Part shown: positions 1-9,479 of the stretch, piece after piece
Position numbering within the stretch: position 1 is the stretch's first letter
Layout: every line of letters starts with the position of its first letter
IMG/VR virus record: IMGVR_UViG_3300037067_026753
DNA from: a virus
Reading direction: 5' to 3' (one strand)
Length of the DNA: 64,000 nucleotides
Notes under the pieces: generated by a model
The model's database searches: none
What the model was told of the DNA's origin: nothing
What the model saw: only the letters and a program-made list of their open reading frames with translations
Program-made: the position numbers and the translations under genes

Positions 1-44
1 ATACGGTTATGCTCTTCCGATTTCACTAAAGTACTATGGTACAT
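1..44 (-). CDS. 5' end of a minus-strand gene running off the window start (MYHSTLVKSEEHNR...)
   Basis: ATG at complement 42-44 preceded by AAAGGAGAA 7 nt upstream; open to window edge. Confidence 0.3.
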   Translation of the reverse strand, partial: MYHSTLVKSEEHNR

Positions 45-193
45 AGTATTCTCCTTTTTAGATAATATCGAATGATATCTACAACATCTGCCAATAACAT
101 TGAAATAGCTAATAAGTCATAATAAGTGATTTTTTATTTTATTATATTAGAAAAGTATAAAAATTCATTTTCAACATTTTAGAAAGGCTGTTT

Positions 194-754
194 ATGCTTA
201 AACGTTTTTTGCTTTTGCTCTTTGTTTTTTCGTTTTCTAGTTCTAGCACTCCGTTATTGTACACATTTGAAGGGAACTTATTAGGTTCTTCAGTGATATA
301 CAATATCGCTATGGATTTCGAAGCAAATGGAATTGAAAATGGTTCAATATTGTATGACTATGTAGACCCTTTTGTTTTAGATGATTATGGTAGCGCTCAA
401 CTACAAATGACAAGTAAGACTTACTATGACAATCTCATAGTATTTACAACAGCATATTGCAATCATTATGAAGGCTGGTTTTACAGTGAAACACTTTTCG
501 ATAATTACATTTCGTTTTCAGGTTCTATTGCAGAAATTTCGAGAACCTTAGAATTCAAAAACTACCAACCTGCTTTTAAAATAGGCGACATTTTCAAGAT
601 AAATGAAAGTTACAATTCTGCATCAATAAATGGAAATGTTACACTGGCATCTATAAAATCTTTTAATGAGCCTCCTGCATCAGTTCCTGAACCAACAATG
701 CTTTCTCTTTTGAGTGTTGGCTTGCTTGGGATCGGACTAAGTCGCAAAAAATGA
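194..754 (+). CDS. secreted PEP-CTERM domain protein
   Basis: N-terminal signal peptide; C-terminus ...PASVPEPTMLSLLSVGLLGIGLSRKK = PEP motif + TM helix + basic tail. Confidence 0.7.
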   Translation: MLKRFLLLLFVFSFSSSSTPLLYTFEGNLLGSSVIYNIAMDFEANGIENGSILYDYVDPFVLDDYGSAQLQMTSKTYYDNLIVFTTAYCNHYEGWFYSETLFDNYISFSGSIAEISRTLEFKNYQPAFKIGDIFKINESYNSASINGNVTLASIKSFNEPPASVPEPTMLSLLSVGLLGIGLSRKK

Positions 755-1779
755 GGTTTTTTTCGCTACTTTTTTTACTTGCCACACTTGCTTACCCGAA
801 TTTAAACCAAGGGAGTGCTTTCAAAGCATTCTTCTGGTTTTCCTATGCAAATGATAGCGTAAAAAATGGTTGTTATGGTTATGTTCAAGTCGATTCGGTA
901 AAAGACACAGAAACCGAAGAACAATGTTATGCTACTTTCTGGTTGACATACAACTGGTTTTTCTTAAAATTTAATGGTGCTTATATGCCTGTAAAAATGA
1001 CATTCAATAAGACAAGACCCAAAAAAATAACAAGGAGCCCAAATCATTTTATCAATATCCAATGGTTCTCACGTTTTGAAACGAATGACACAATAAACCA
1101 TTCTGCTATAAATTTTTCATTCCCTATTTTATCTAGACCCTCTCAGTATGGTAGATATGACTATTTTACTGTTGATGTAGATTCTCTTTTGGATTTAGAA
1201 TTTTATGGTGCAGGCGACAGTATCATGGTTGGTACCTTTGTACATAAAAAACCCAGTGGTTCTGGTATCACAAATATTTTAGGAAGAAATACATTTGTTG
1301 TTGAGTTGACAGATTCAAATCCTTTGAGAATAAAAAGCGTCAGATGCCAAAGCGCTCATGACTCACTTCTGGATCTTTATCTTAAATTTCCATTGGATTC
1401 ATTGAAGAAAAATGTTGAATGGTATGGTGTAGATATTCTAGATACTATATCAAAAATCCCAAGAATTAAAATTTATGCTCTCAATTTAAGCGGTAAAGAG
1501 CCACATATAGTCGGAACACAATCTGATATTACTTGGAAGTTAGATAATAAGCCAGGTATTGATAGTTGTCTTGTTACTGTTTCTTTTGATAGATTGACTT
1601 GGGAATCTATTGGAAAAACTCTAGTTGATACACTTATTCCATGGAATATAAATTACAGATCTACTCCTGCAACAATTTTGCAAGTTGTTGCATGTGGAAA
1701 AAATGGAGAGAGAATCTCGACTACAAGAACTGATATGAATTTTTCAAAAGCAGTTCTCCGTTCATTGCAACTTCGTTAA
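751..1779 (+). CDS. secreted hypothetical protein
   Basis: signal-peptide-like N-terminus; 4-nt overlap with upstream gene suggests operon. Confidence 0.5.
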   Translation: MRFFSLLFLLATLAYPNLNQGSAFKAFFWFSYANDSVKNGCYGYVQVDSVKDTETEEQCYATFWLTYNWFFLKFNGAYMPVKMTFNKTRPKKITRSPNHFINIQWFSRFETNDTINHSAINFSFPILSRPSQYGRYDYFTVDVDSLLDLEFYGAGDSIMVGTFVHKKPSGSGITNILGRNTFVVELTDSNPLRIKSVRCQSAHDSLLDLYLKFPLDSLKKNVEWYGVDILDTISKIPRIKIYALNLSGKEPHIVGTQSDITWKLDNKPGIDSCLVTVSFDRLTWESIGKTLVDTLIPWNINYRSTPATILQVVACGKNGERISTTRTDMNFSKAVLRSLQLR

Positions 1780-1831
1780 AATTCCTGTAAAACATTCTCA
1801 TGTTAATGTATATTTCTATTATGTTCTTGTT

Positions 1832-2260
1832 TTGTCTACTCACAAAGGAGGGCACGTGAAATATGTTGTTCTAGTTGTTTGCTTGCTCGCTTTAAGTTTT
1901 CCTGCTTATTCACAGGTTAAAAAGAATGAAGAAAGACAGACTATAACTCTTTGCTGGTATTCTCCATTTGATACAGCAGCATCATATCTAATTTATTACA
2001 ACAGGTATAATGTTGACACAGCTTGGAAATACATTGGTACTACCAAAGAAAAAACTTTTGACGTCGCAAAACAAGGTTTTAAAGGCGATATTGCTTTTGG
2101 TGTAAGGGTAATTTATTACAATGATACTTCAGCAATACACACTTCATTAGATCCAACAGCATGTTCGACGGTAAATGCTACATGTGATACAAACTGTACT
2201 TCAGGTGCCTGGTATGTTTCCTGGCATGTTGCAAAGCTTAAAAAACTTGCTGTTAAATAA
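1832..2260 (+). CDS. secreted hypothetical protein (FN3-like beta-rich)
   Basis: signal peptide; GGAGGG SD-like before start. Confidence 0.5.
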   Translation: MSTHKGGHVKYVVLVVCLLALSFPAYSQVKKNEERQTITLCWYSPFDTAASYLIYYNRYNVDTAWKYIGTTKEKTFDVAKQGFKGDIAFGVRVIYYNDTSAIHTSLDPTACSTVNATCDTNCTSGAWYVSWHVAKLKKLAVK

Positions 2261-2264
2261 AAAA

Positions 2265-2281
2265 GGGGAGCAAGTCTCCCC
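2265..2281. terminator. GC hairpin GGGGAG-caagt-CTCCCC between convergent genes; T-run on minus-strand side
   Basis: perfect 6-bp stem; minus-strand transcript reads hairpin then TTTTTTATTT. Confidence 0.45.
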
Positions 2282-2697
2282 TACCATTCTTCTTTAGTCC
2301 CGCCAAAGTAAGGTTTTGCAAGTCCCTTTTCAATAAGCATGGGCCCGAGTTCTTTTCCGTCGACAAATACTTTCGCTACAATTCTAAAGTACTTGTCTCT
2401 CAGCATATCTCTCAATTCTATTACTTTTGCTTCACGTAATTTAGCAACGGTGAACTGCTTTGCTTCCAATGCCTTTGCTTTAACAGCGCTATCCTTGTCT
2501 TTCAATTCAGGGCAATCAATACCATAGATCCTTATACCTATTCTTTCGCCTATGATCTTCGGGTAATCTGTTATGGTTCCTCTAAATGTATCACCATCAT
2601 AAATGCTCGTCACCGTTATTTTTGCATTACCATAAGTCTTTGGACCTTCAGCAAAGACATAAAATGACAGGACAAAAATTAACAAGATTTTTCTCAT
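2281..2697 (-). CDS. nuc: secreted thermonuclease (SNase-like)
   Basis: DGDTF...IRIYGIDCPE motif, signal peptide from MRKILLIF; track ORF extends to 2757 but start at 2697 likelier. Confidence 0.75.
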   Translation of the reverse strand: MRKILLIFVLSFYVFAEGPKTYGNAKITVTSIYDGDTFRGTITDYPKIIGERIGIRIYGIDCPELKDKDSAVKAKALEAKQFTVAKLREAKVIELRDMLRDKYFRIVAKVFVDGKELGPMLIEKGLAKPYFGGTKEEW

Positions 2698-2724
2698 AGT
2701 GTCCCCTTTATTATAAATAAAGAT

Positions 2725-3075
2725 ATGAACAACAAGTTTGAATTCGTTATCAATCAAAAAATAATTAAGACTGAAGATATAAAAAATGATTTTTTCAAAA
2801 TCGAGACTGAAGACTTAAATTCTTTTTCCATGGATAGAGACATTCAAACTGTTAGATCAGTAAGTGGTCTTGCAATCGATATGCTTCCAGGGCCTCTAAC
2901 CTATACATTTACTTTAATACTTTCTCCCAAAAAATTCCCAAATCTTTTAGAACGACTCACAAAGAATCAAGGTGTTCTATATCAAGACAAATTATTTTGG
3001 GTCACTCAATGGAATTACGAGCACAACACAAACGATCTAGAGTACAAAATAGTGTTAGAATGTATCGCCAGATGA
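2725..3075 (+). CDS. hypothetical protein
   Basis: ORF only; no SD. Confidence 0.25.
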   Translation: MNNKFEFVINQKIIKTEDIKNDFFKIETEDLNSFSMDRDIQTVRSVSGLAIDMLPGPLTYTFTLILSPKKFPNLLERLTKNQGVLYQDKLFWVTQWNYEHNTNDLEYKIVLECIAR

Positions 3076-3393
3076 ATCTTCTTGTGTTTTCATCTTCATG
3101 ATACCAATTTGCGCTATTAAGAACAATATACATTCTTCGAGAACAACTTCACTGTCTCTCTGCGTATCCAAAGGAATTGTAGCTGTTATAGGTACTTCAT
3201 TGGAAGTAATAAACACACTTATCTCAAAAGCAGGTTCAGATAGCAAGCCTAATGAATCCGAAGTGCAGTCTTTATGATATTCAAGCATATTAAGAGATAC
3301 CGAAGCATGCTCTCCCGTCTGCTCTAAAATAGTATCCTGTATTTCATGCATTGTATCGAAAACTGTAGACAGAAAATTGCTCGAAACGTTCAT
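3055..3393 (-). CDS. hypothetical acidic protein
   Basis: ORF in dominant gene orientation. Confidence 0.3.
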   Translation of the reverse strand: MNVSSNFLSTVFDTMHEIQDTILEQTGEHASVSLNMLEYHKDCTSDSLGLLSEPAFEISVFITSNEVPITATIPLDTQRDSEVVLEECILFLIAQIGIMKMKTQEDSSGDTF

Positions 3394-3474
3394 ATTTCCT
3401 CCTCTTTTGTTTTATATATCGCTCAAATGCGAATAGGGAGCCAAAAGACTCCCTAAATAATTACAAAAAACGAA

Positions 3475-4422
3475 TCACCAAGAAGTAATGGAACTTGTTT
3501 GAGCGCCTGTAGAGAAATCGAGAGAAACCTTTGCATGGTCTCCAAAACGAACTAAAATATCAGTATCAGCTAGATTTTGTACAACAGTAATTGATGTTGT
3601 TCTGCCAATATGTTTAGTTCCAGGTTTATTCCAGAATTTTACAGCAGCTGAACTTGCACCATAATTAGTATCTGATGTTCCTTCAAAATCAACGCCAAAA
3701 GTTACAGCTGAATGATACGCAAAGTTACTAAGTGTTTGTCCTGACGCATTGCCATTATCAATTACACCAACAGTAGCTAATTTGATTCCATACGTAATGT
3801 TGTGTGATACTGCTTTATTTCCTCTAGCAAGTACATCAGCCTGTGTTGCATATCCGTTGTTCTCAGAATAAGCACCAGTATTTACTGCAAAACTTTCAAG
3901 TAAATAAATATCACGTGAGTCAAGTAGAGCTACATGTAGATCAGGATTGAATATAGAATTCGGGTATGAAGCATCATTAGTTGTTCCGATAATATGATCC
4001 ATGTTCCATGCATTTACAAAACATTTTTTTGCATAAGTTTTTGAACGAACATGTTGAACACAGGCGTTTTGTTCGTCTCTTGTAGTACCGTAATCGTAAC
4101 CTGCTTCATCAATAAAGATACCATTGACTTGTAATGTATCCCATTGATTGACTTTCGTTTGAAAATCAGCAATGTCTTGATTAGCTGATACATACCCATA
4201 GATTTCCATGTCAGGCTTGATTGCTTTTAGCCTTGCAATAATTATTTGAGTATTGGCATAATCGGGATGTGATGAATCCTGAATGCCGTCACCAAAGACG
4301 CAAATGTCATATTTTGCCATGTCCATGGCAACATTTTCATTGTTCCAGCCGTTTGTAGCACTGTTGAATGAATTTAGATAGCCGTAATAGAACAATACGT
4401 TTTGAGGACGTGCACTAGCCAT
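3475..4422 (-). CDS. putative TIM-barrel glycoside-hydrolase-like protein
   Basis: GIFIDEAGYDY-type motif; weak family assignment. Confidence 0.4.
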   Translation of the reverse strand: MASARPQNVLFYYGYLNSFNSATNGWNNENVAMDMAKYDICVFGDGIQDSSHPDYANTQIIIARLKAIKPDMEIYGYVSANQDIADFQTKVNQWDTLQVNGIFIDEAGYDYGTTRDEQNACVQHVRSKTYAKKCFVNAWNMDHIIGTTNDASYPNSIFNPDLHVALLDSRDIYLLESFAVNTGAYSENNGYATQADVLARGNKAVSHNITYGIKLATVGVIDNGNASGQTLSNFAYHSAVTFGVDFEGTSDTNYGASSAAVKFWNKPGTKHIGRTTSITVVQNLADTDILVRFGDHAKVSLDFSTGAQTSSITSW

Positions 4423-4468
4423 AGTAACCCCCTTTTATAACTAGTGTTTATAATAACAAGTCAAAAAA

Positions 4469-4834
4469 TCAGACGTGTTCGAGAACGCCTTCAACTACTT
4501 GAACAAAACCTTCATAGGTAAAGGGTTTGTTCAAGATAGGAATGTCGGGATACAGTTCCGATAAGGGTTCTTCGCAATATGCAGTCACGAACACCGCTTT
4601 GATATTGGGATGGATAGCACGAATTTTTTCATATACATCAGAACCCGACATATGAGACTGCAAGTTCATGTCTGTTATCAGTATGTCGATATTGTTGGTT
4701 TTTGCAAGTTCGATTGCGTCATCAGGTGTGCTTGCACATAGCACATTCAACCCGCCATTGTAGTCTGAAAGAAAATCGACCATCAGGTCTTTGACCTCAT
4801 CTTGGTCGTCGACAACAAGAATTGTAAATGGCAT
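4469..4834 (-). CDS. stand-alone response regulator receiver domain (CheY-like)
   Basis: VVDD acidic pocket, ITDMNL phospho-Asp, T in AVFVTAY, K in LNKPF. Confidence 0.75.
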   Translation of the reverse strand: MPFTILVVDDQDEVKDLMVDFLSDYNGGLNVLCASTPDDAIELAKTNNIDILITDMNLQSHMSGSDVYEKIRAIHPNIKAVFVTAYCEEPLSELYPDIPILNKPFTYEGFVQVVEGVLEHV

Positions 4835-4857
4835 ATTTGCCTCCCATCAAAATGAGT

Positions 4858-5193
4858 TTAAAAAACTTTAGCAATTTCGTCGATAATTTTGAGCGAAGAG
4901 AAAACTTTAGCTCCGCTTAATTCAAGAAATTTGATCTCTACATCATCAGTAGACAATGTCCATATAAGAACATATAGAGTAGGTGCTATGATTCGGGCGC
5001 TGACACAGAAATTTAGTATAAGCGTATATTTCGATGGGTCAGCATTTACCAGAACACAGTTGATTTCATTTTTTAAAAAACATTCCATTGCATGTTCGAA
5101 ATCAGCAACGACAACCGAGTGTCCTTTTGCTTCCAAAAGGTTTGTTGTGATCTCGATAACTTCTTTACAGTCATCGACAACAAGAATGTTCAT
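4858..5193 (-). CDS. receiver-like domain protein (degenerate)
   Basis: ILVVDDCKEV N-terminus; downstream conserved positions divergent. Confidence 0.5.
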   Translation of the reverse strand: MNILVVDDCKEVIEITTNLLEAKGHSVVVADFEHAMECFLKNEINCVLVNADPSKYTLILNFCVSARIIAPTLYVLIWTLSTDDVEIKFLELSGAKVFSSLKIIDEIAKVF

Positions 5194-5406
5194 AGAATCT
5201 CCTGGTTGAACACAACATGTTCGGTGTTAAACTTTCGAAATTACATTAAATTTTAGTGAAGCAAAAATCTTGACAATAGCAACTCCTTGTAGGTGTTGTT
5301 AGATATATCGCACCCTATTTTGTAACTACCAATTTGTTTGAATCAGACGAGATAGGCTAGAACCTTATGAAAGTCCTAGCCTATATAGTTTTATGTTGGA
5401 AAACGT

Positions 5407-5622
5407 CTAGTATCTTCGTCTTCTAGGCTCGCGTTGCTCACGTTCTTCACGCAATTTGCGCCGTTTCGCAATATTCATTTTTCTTTTACGAGTTTCGCTT
5501 GGTTTCTCGTAATGTCTGTATGATTTCAGTTCTGATAGAACACCTGCACGTTCACATGTTTTTATAAATCTCCGTAATGCTTTTTCAAAAATTTCTGTTT
5601 CACGTATGTAGATTCCATTCAT
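5407..5622 (-). CDS. rpsU: ribosomal protein bS21
   Basis: ALRRFIK...YEKPSETRKRK...AKRRKLR matches S21 family; AGGAAC SD. Confidence 0.85.
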   Translation of the reverse strand: MNGIYIRETEIFEKALRRFIKTCERAGVLSELKSYRHYEKPSETRKRKMNIAKRRKLREEREQREPRRRRY

Positions 5623-5641
5623 GTATCTGTTCCTAAACTTT

Positions 5642-7003
5642 CTATTGTTTAAGTGAAAATTTTATTTCAACACGCATCTTCTTTGTCTGTTCAAATCTTA
5701 CAATATTTTCTTTTATAACATACTTCAAATCAGTTTTAATTTCGTATTTGTATTTTGCTGGTACAAAAATTTCTGTTGTGCCCGAAACAGTAGCATCATA
5801 ATCGCATTCAAAACAAAAAGTGTTATTCTTAATATACCATTTAGGATTAGAACCTGCAATTCTTTGTGGGTATATTCTTACAAGCTCTTCAAGATATTCT
5901 CTTTCATTACCATTATTATCGATCAAACCTTGCCCGCTATAAACCTCTTTATCATAACAATACCATAACCAGTTGATTTTATGTTTGTCTGCTGCTTCAA
6001 CCATATCTCTTACAAATGACATATAGTCTTTAACTGTAGTAGAAATTCCTATTTCTCCAATCAATGCTGGGCTGTTCAGTTTTCTTGCTTCTACAGTTTT
6101 AGATCTGAATGCTGTTTTTGCAAGTAATCTGTTGAACCAGTTATAATTACCTTTATTGTGACAGAAAGGAGGATAATAATGTGGCATGTGAACATTTCTG
6201 GTTCCAAACAATTTCGAATCTAAATTTGTAGGAGTACCTGTGCTTGTTAATATCCAAGATTCAAAAAACAATGTTTTAGAGAAATCTTTAACAGAAGACG
6301 TAATTTTCATTTTTGAATACAAGTCGTTCAAATACTTTTTTTCAAATCTCCAAATGAACGGGAAATTCGGGAAAGGTTCGTTTAGAACGTCAATTCCTAT
6401 CACATTCTTACAGTCTTTTAAAGAATATTGTACGAAATTTACAAGTTCAACATATTTGTTTTTCAGTTCATCATTTTTCCAGAAATATTTATAACAGTCC
6501 ATGACTGCAGGAGTAAAGTAATTTTTCCACCATGGGGTTGCTGGTTTGAATGGATGTTTTTCTGGAGGTAGAGCCCATTCAGGAAAACCATTCCCAGTGA
6601 ATTTTCTGCTATAAAGATCTTGATGCAGATCGACAATTACATCGATTCCAAGTTTTTCAAGGATTGAAATATGTTCTTTGACTTTATTAAGGTATTCTGT
6701 ATTGTATTTGTTTTTTTCAGGTTCAATAGCTTCCCAGAAAACAAGAAAACGAACAAGATTAAATCCCCAATTTTTGAGCCGAGCATAATCTTGTTCCGTA
6801 TGCCATGGTAGAAAGTCTGGTAAAGCTGTTTTTGCATAGTTGCAAATATTGACACCCCTATAAATTTTTATCCTATTATAAGAGTCTCTAAAATATGTTT
6901 CTTTTTTGAAATTGGGTAGACCTAAAAAACGCCAGACATAAAGTAGCAATTGAAAAAGGATAGGAGCAGCTAGTACAGCAACAACTAAAAAAACATAGTT
7001 CAT
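5642..7003 (-). CDS. membrane-anchored GH5 glycoside hydrolase
   Basis: NWGFNLVRF, VIGIDVLNEP (acid/base), GEIGIST (nucleophile). Confidence 0.7.
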   Translation of the reverse strand: MNYVFLVVAVLAAPILFQLLLYVWRFLGLPNFKKETYFRDSYNRIKIYRGVNICNYAKTALPDFLPWHTEQDYARLKNWGFNLVRFLVFWEAIEPEKNKYNTEYLNKVKEHISILEKLGIDVIVDLHQDLYSRKFTGNGFPEWALPPEKHPFKPATPWWKNYFTPAVMDCYKYFWKNDELKNKYVELVNFVQYSLKDCKNVIGIDVLNEPFPNFPFIWRFEKKYLNDLYSKMKITSSVKDFSKTLFFESWILTSTGTPTNLDSKLFGTRNVHMPHYYPPFCHNKGNYNWFNRLLAKTAFRSKTVEARKLNSPALIGEIGISTTVKDYMSFVRDMVEAADKHKINWLWYCYDKEVYSGQGLIDNNGNEREYLEELVRIYPQRIAGSNPKWYIKNNTFCFECDYDATVSGTTEIFVPAKYKYEIKTDLKYVIKENIVRFEQTKKMRVEIKFSLKQ

Positions 7004-7057
7004 AGAAACATCCTTTTCTGAGGTTCTATGAACTAATTTTATAATAAGATTAGAAAA

Positions 7058-7414
7058 TCAGGTTTTTCGAGTTTCCAATTTTGAATTTTTCATTCTTGTA
7101 AAGGGCAGGTATATAAAACGACAAAAAAGAATAGGCAGAATCCAGACTAATAAGAGTGTAGGTATAAAATTCATCATAGCGACACGAGCTGCAAGTAAGA
7201 AAAATGATGACATGGTAACACAAAACATATAGTCACCTATTGAAAAATCAAGCTTATTTCTTGTAGTAAACCCTAAAAACATATAGACTGCAAAGAAACC
7301 TGTGAAATAGACAAAAAACTCTAATAACATCATACTACACATCCTTGTCAAACATTTGAAGAGTTGTTGTGTCCGCATTCCATCCAGATCTAACAAATTT
7401 GCAAATATCTTCAA
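7058..7414 (-). CDS. hypothetical membrane protein
   Basis: multiple hydrophobic helices. Confidence 0.4.
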   Translation of the reverse strand: MKIFANLLDLDGMRTQQLFKCLTRMCSMMLLEFFVYFTGFFAVYMFLGFTTRNKLDFSIGDYMFCVTMSSFFLLAARVAMMNFIPTLLLVWILPILFCRFIYLPFTRMKNSKLETRKT

Positions 7415-7766
7415 CCATCTTAGGATCGACAGGATAAAGTTCTGTTGCGAATTCGAATGTTTTATCTTTAGCAGAAAATGGTAAAAGTTTCACTTCACAA
7501 TTTTGTTGATCGATTGTAATGAAAAAAATTCCTGTCTTCTCATTTATAGCTGAAACTTGTATAATCAAAATTGTTTCTGAATTTGTAAGTTTTGCTCGGA
7601 CACCTGATTTAAACCAAGAAAAAGTTGATAAAAAAGGAGTGTCATATTGTAACATAAGAGGATCTAGAGCGACATCTTTCAAAAAGAAATTTGCAACAGG
7701 GCACAAATAATTATACTGGGTTAGCATGAACTTTGCACCACGTATGTATAATTCCATATCAATCAT
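7335..7766 (-). CDS. hypothetical protein
   Basis: ORF in operon orientation. Confidence 0.4.
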   Translation of the reverse strand: MIDMELYIRGAKFMLTQYNYLCPVANFFLKDVALDPLMLQYDTPFLSTFSWFKSGVRAKLTNSETILIIQVSAINEKTGIFFITIDQQNCEVKLLPFSAKDKTFEFATELYPVDPKMVEDICKFVRSGWNADTTTLQMFDKDV

Positions 7767-8032
7767 TGATAGACTCTCGATCTCCCTTTAGGTACTGGTG
7801 TGCCTTGTTCATCAAGATCGTCTTTTTCGATCAGTTTCCCGCAAATCTGACAAGCACCACGAACATAAGCACATTTCGGACATGGAACAGCTAGATTTTT
7901 ATGATACAAAACATGTCGTCCATGTTTGTCGCATATACCTTGAGCAAGGAAATCAGATTTTTTCTTGATCTGAGTTCTATGCTCTTTGCATACAATTAAA
8001 GTCGTTATGACATTGTATTTTATCATTGGCAA
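7763..8032 (-). CDS. zinc-ribbon protein
   Basis: CPKC...CQIC cysteine pairs. Confidence 0.45.
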   Translation of the reverse strand: MPMIKYNVITTLIVCKEHRTQIKKKSDFLAQGICDKHGRHVLYHKNLAVPCPKCAYVRGACQICGKLIEKDDLDEQGTPVPKGRSRVYQ

Positions 8033-8205
8033 CGTTTTTCTAAAGCTTCTTTGAAAGTTTGGGTCATTTCTTCTATTGTAATTTCACCAGATTTTACTGC
8101 TTGTTCTATTACTCCCAACTCCAGACCTTCATCGTCTTTCCTGTCATAATATAAAAAATCAGCAACCAAGTCGCCAATTACACCAAGAATATGTTGTTTC
8201 AACAT
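8023..8205 (-). CDS. small hypothetical protein
   Basis: 60-aa ORF overlapping neighbours by a few nt. Confidence 0.3.
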   Translation of the reverse strand: MLKQHILGVIGDLVADFLYYDRKDDEGLELGVIEQAVKSGEITIEEMTQTFKEALEKRCQ

Positions 8206-9479
8206 AAAGTAAGTCCCATGTGAAGATCCTGTCTGTAAGCAGAAAAAGTATCTCTACAGATTTTAACCATTGAAGGATCACCTGTGTTTTTACCATAGTC
8301 ATCTGATAATTTGATTGCGGGAATTTCTAGACCCCCATAAAGTCTCGATACTAGCTTGATAACCATGTTCAAAGGCTCAAGCCCTGGAATATCATGAGAG
8401 AAATAAGTTCCAATACAATAATAGTTAATATCAGAGTTTCTTCCCATTGCTGTCAATTGCTGTTGAATTCTTATCGCTTTTTCGTCATTCAAAGAATCTG
8501 AGAAGAGCATTATTTTTGATTGATGTTGGATTCCCAATTCACTATAATGATGCATAAATTTAGTGGCAAAGTCTATTGGATTACCGCTATCTTGTCTGGG
8601 ACCATCAAAAAGCTTTGCCCATTTATACGTGAAGGAGTGCAAGAATGTGTCAGTAGTAAAAGTATCAGGCAGAACAATACCTAATTTTCCATTATAAACT
8701 TCATACCATTTTTCCATGGCAACAGTATTTGCATAGATGAATCCATAGATTGCAGCCATGAGAGAATAAAGTTCGTGAGCTTTTGTGCCAATTACAGGTA
8801 AATCATAAGTCATAGCAAAATATGGATTGCTTGTTCCCAAGAACTGAGAACGAATGCCAGGAATCGAAAGAAAGTCTTCAATAACTATTTGTTGATTTTG
8901 GAAAGAGTGACGTCTCCGAGTTCCCATGTCGACAAATTTAAGTCCATTATTGGAAAGATTCTTTGCTTTTTTGATATTGATCGCTTCCAGAATATCTCGA
9001 CAAGGAAATGGCATTTCTTGAAAAAATAATTCACTTATGGTTGCCATCAGAGGAACTTCCCAGAGAATTGTTCTGTGCCAGTAACCTTCAATTTCAAGCA
9101 TGATTCCGTCTTCGCCAATCGCGCCAACAGTTACTTCAGTCGGGTCATACCGATAGTTTTTCAGAAAATCAAGATAGACTCTATCGAAATAGGTACATTT
9201 TGTTTGAAGGAAAGCATATTCTGCTTCTTTGAGATAGAGCTCCCGCATTTGATCGATTTCTTCACTCAACTTCCTGACAAAAGTTCGGGATGTTGTGTCA
9301 CCAAACAACGCGAAGTTTCTCGGTTTCCGGATGAAAAGTTTGTATTTTACTCTTTCTCTGGGGAATAATTTCAACGCAAAATTCTGCATCGAAAATTTAT
9401 ATAAATCTGAGTCACATAGCGACGTAATTATTGTTTTTCTTTTTTCCATAATTATGATTTGCCCTTCTTTTTGAGACAA
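8199..9479 (-). CDS. pncB: nicotinate phosphoribosyltransferase
   Basis: DLYKFSMQ, ILWEVPLMATISE, FVDMGTRRR, GTSN, LRQDSGNP, MVIKLV motifs along whole length. Confidence 0.85.
   Translation of the reverse strand: MSQKEGQIIIMEKRKTIITSLCDSDLYKFSMQNFALKLFPRERVKYKLFIRKPRNFALFGDTTSRTFVRKLSEEIDQMRELYLKEAEYAFLQTKCTYFDRVYLDFLKNYRYDPTEVTVGAIGEDGIMLEIEGYWHRTILWEVPLMATISELFFQEMPFPCRDILEAINIKKAKNLSNNGLKFVDMGTRRRHSFQNQQIVIEDFLSIPGIRSQFLGTSNPYFAMTYDLPVIGTKAHELYSLMAAIYGFIYANTVAMEKWYEVYNGKLGIVLPDTFTTDTFLHSFTYKWAKLFDGPRQDSGNPIDFATKFMHHYSELGIQHQSKIMLFSDSLNDEKAIRIQQQLTAMGRNSDINYYCIGTYFSHDIPGLEPLNMVIKLVSRLYGGLEIPAIKLSDDYGKNTGDPSMVKICRDTFSAYRQDLHMGLTLC

Noticed and set aside
5270-5310. sigma70-like TTGACA on plus strand
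   Set aside because: No plus-strand gene downstream, and spacing to any -10 is poor.
5355-5381. Hairpin GGCTAG..CTAGCC after rpsU as intrinsic terminator
   Set aside because: No U-tract follows on the transcribed strand. Possibly a processing or attenuation site.
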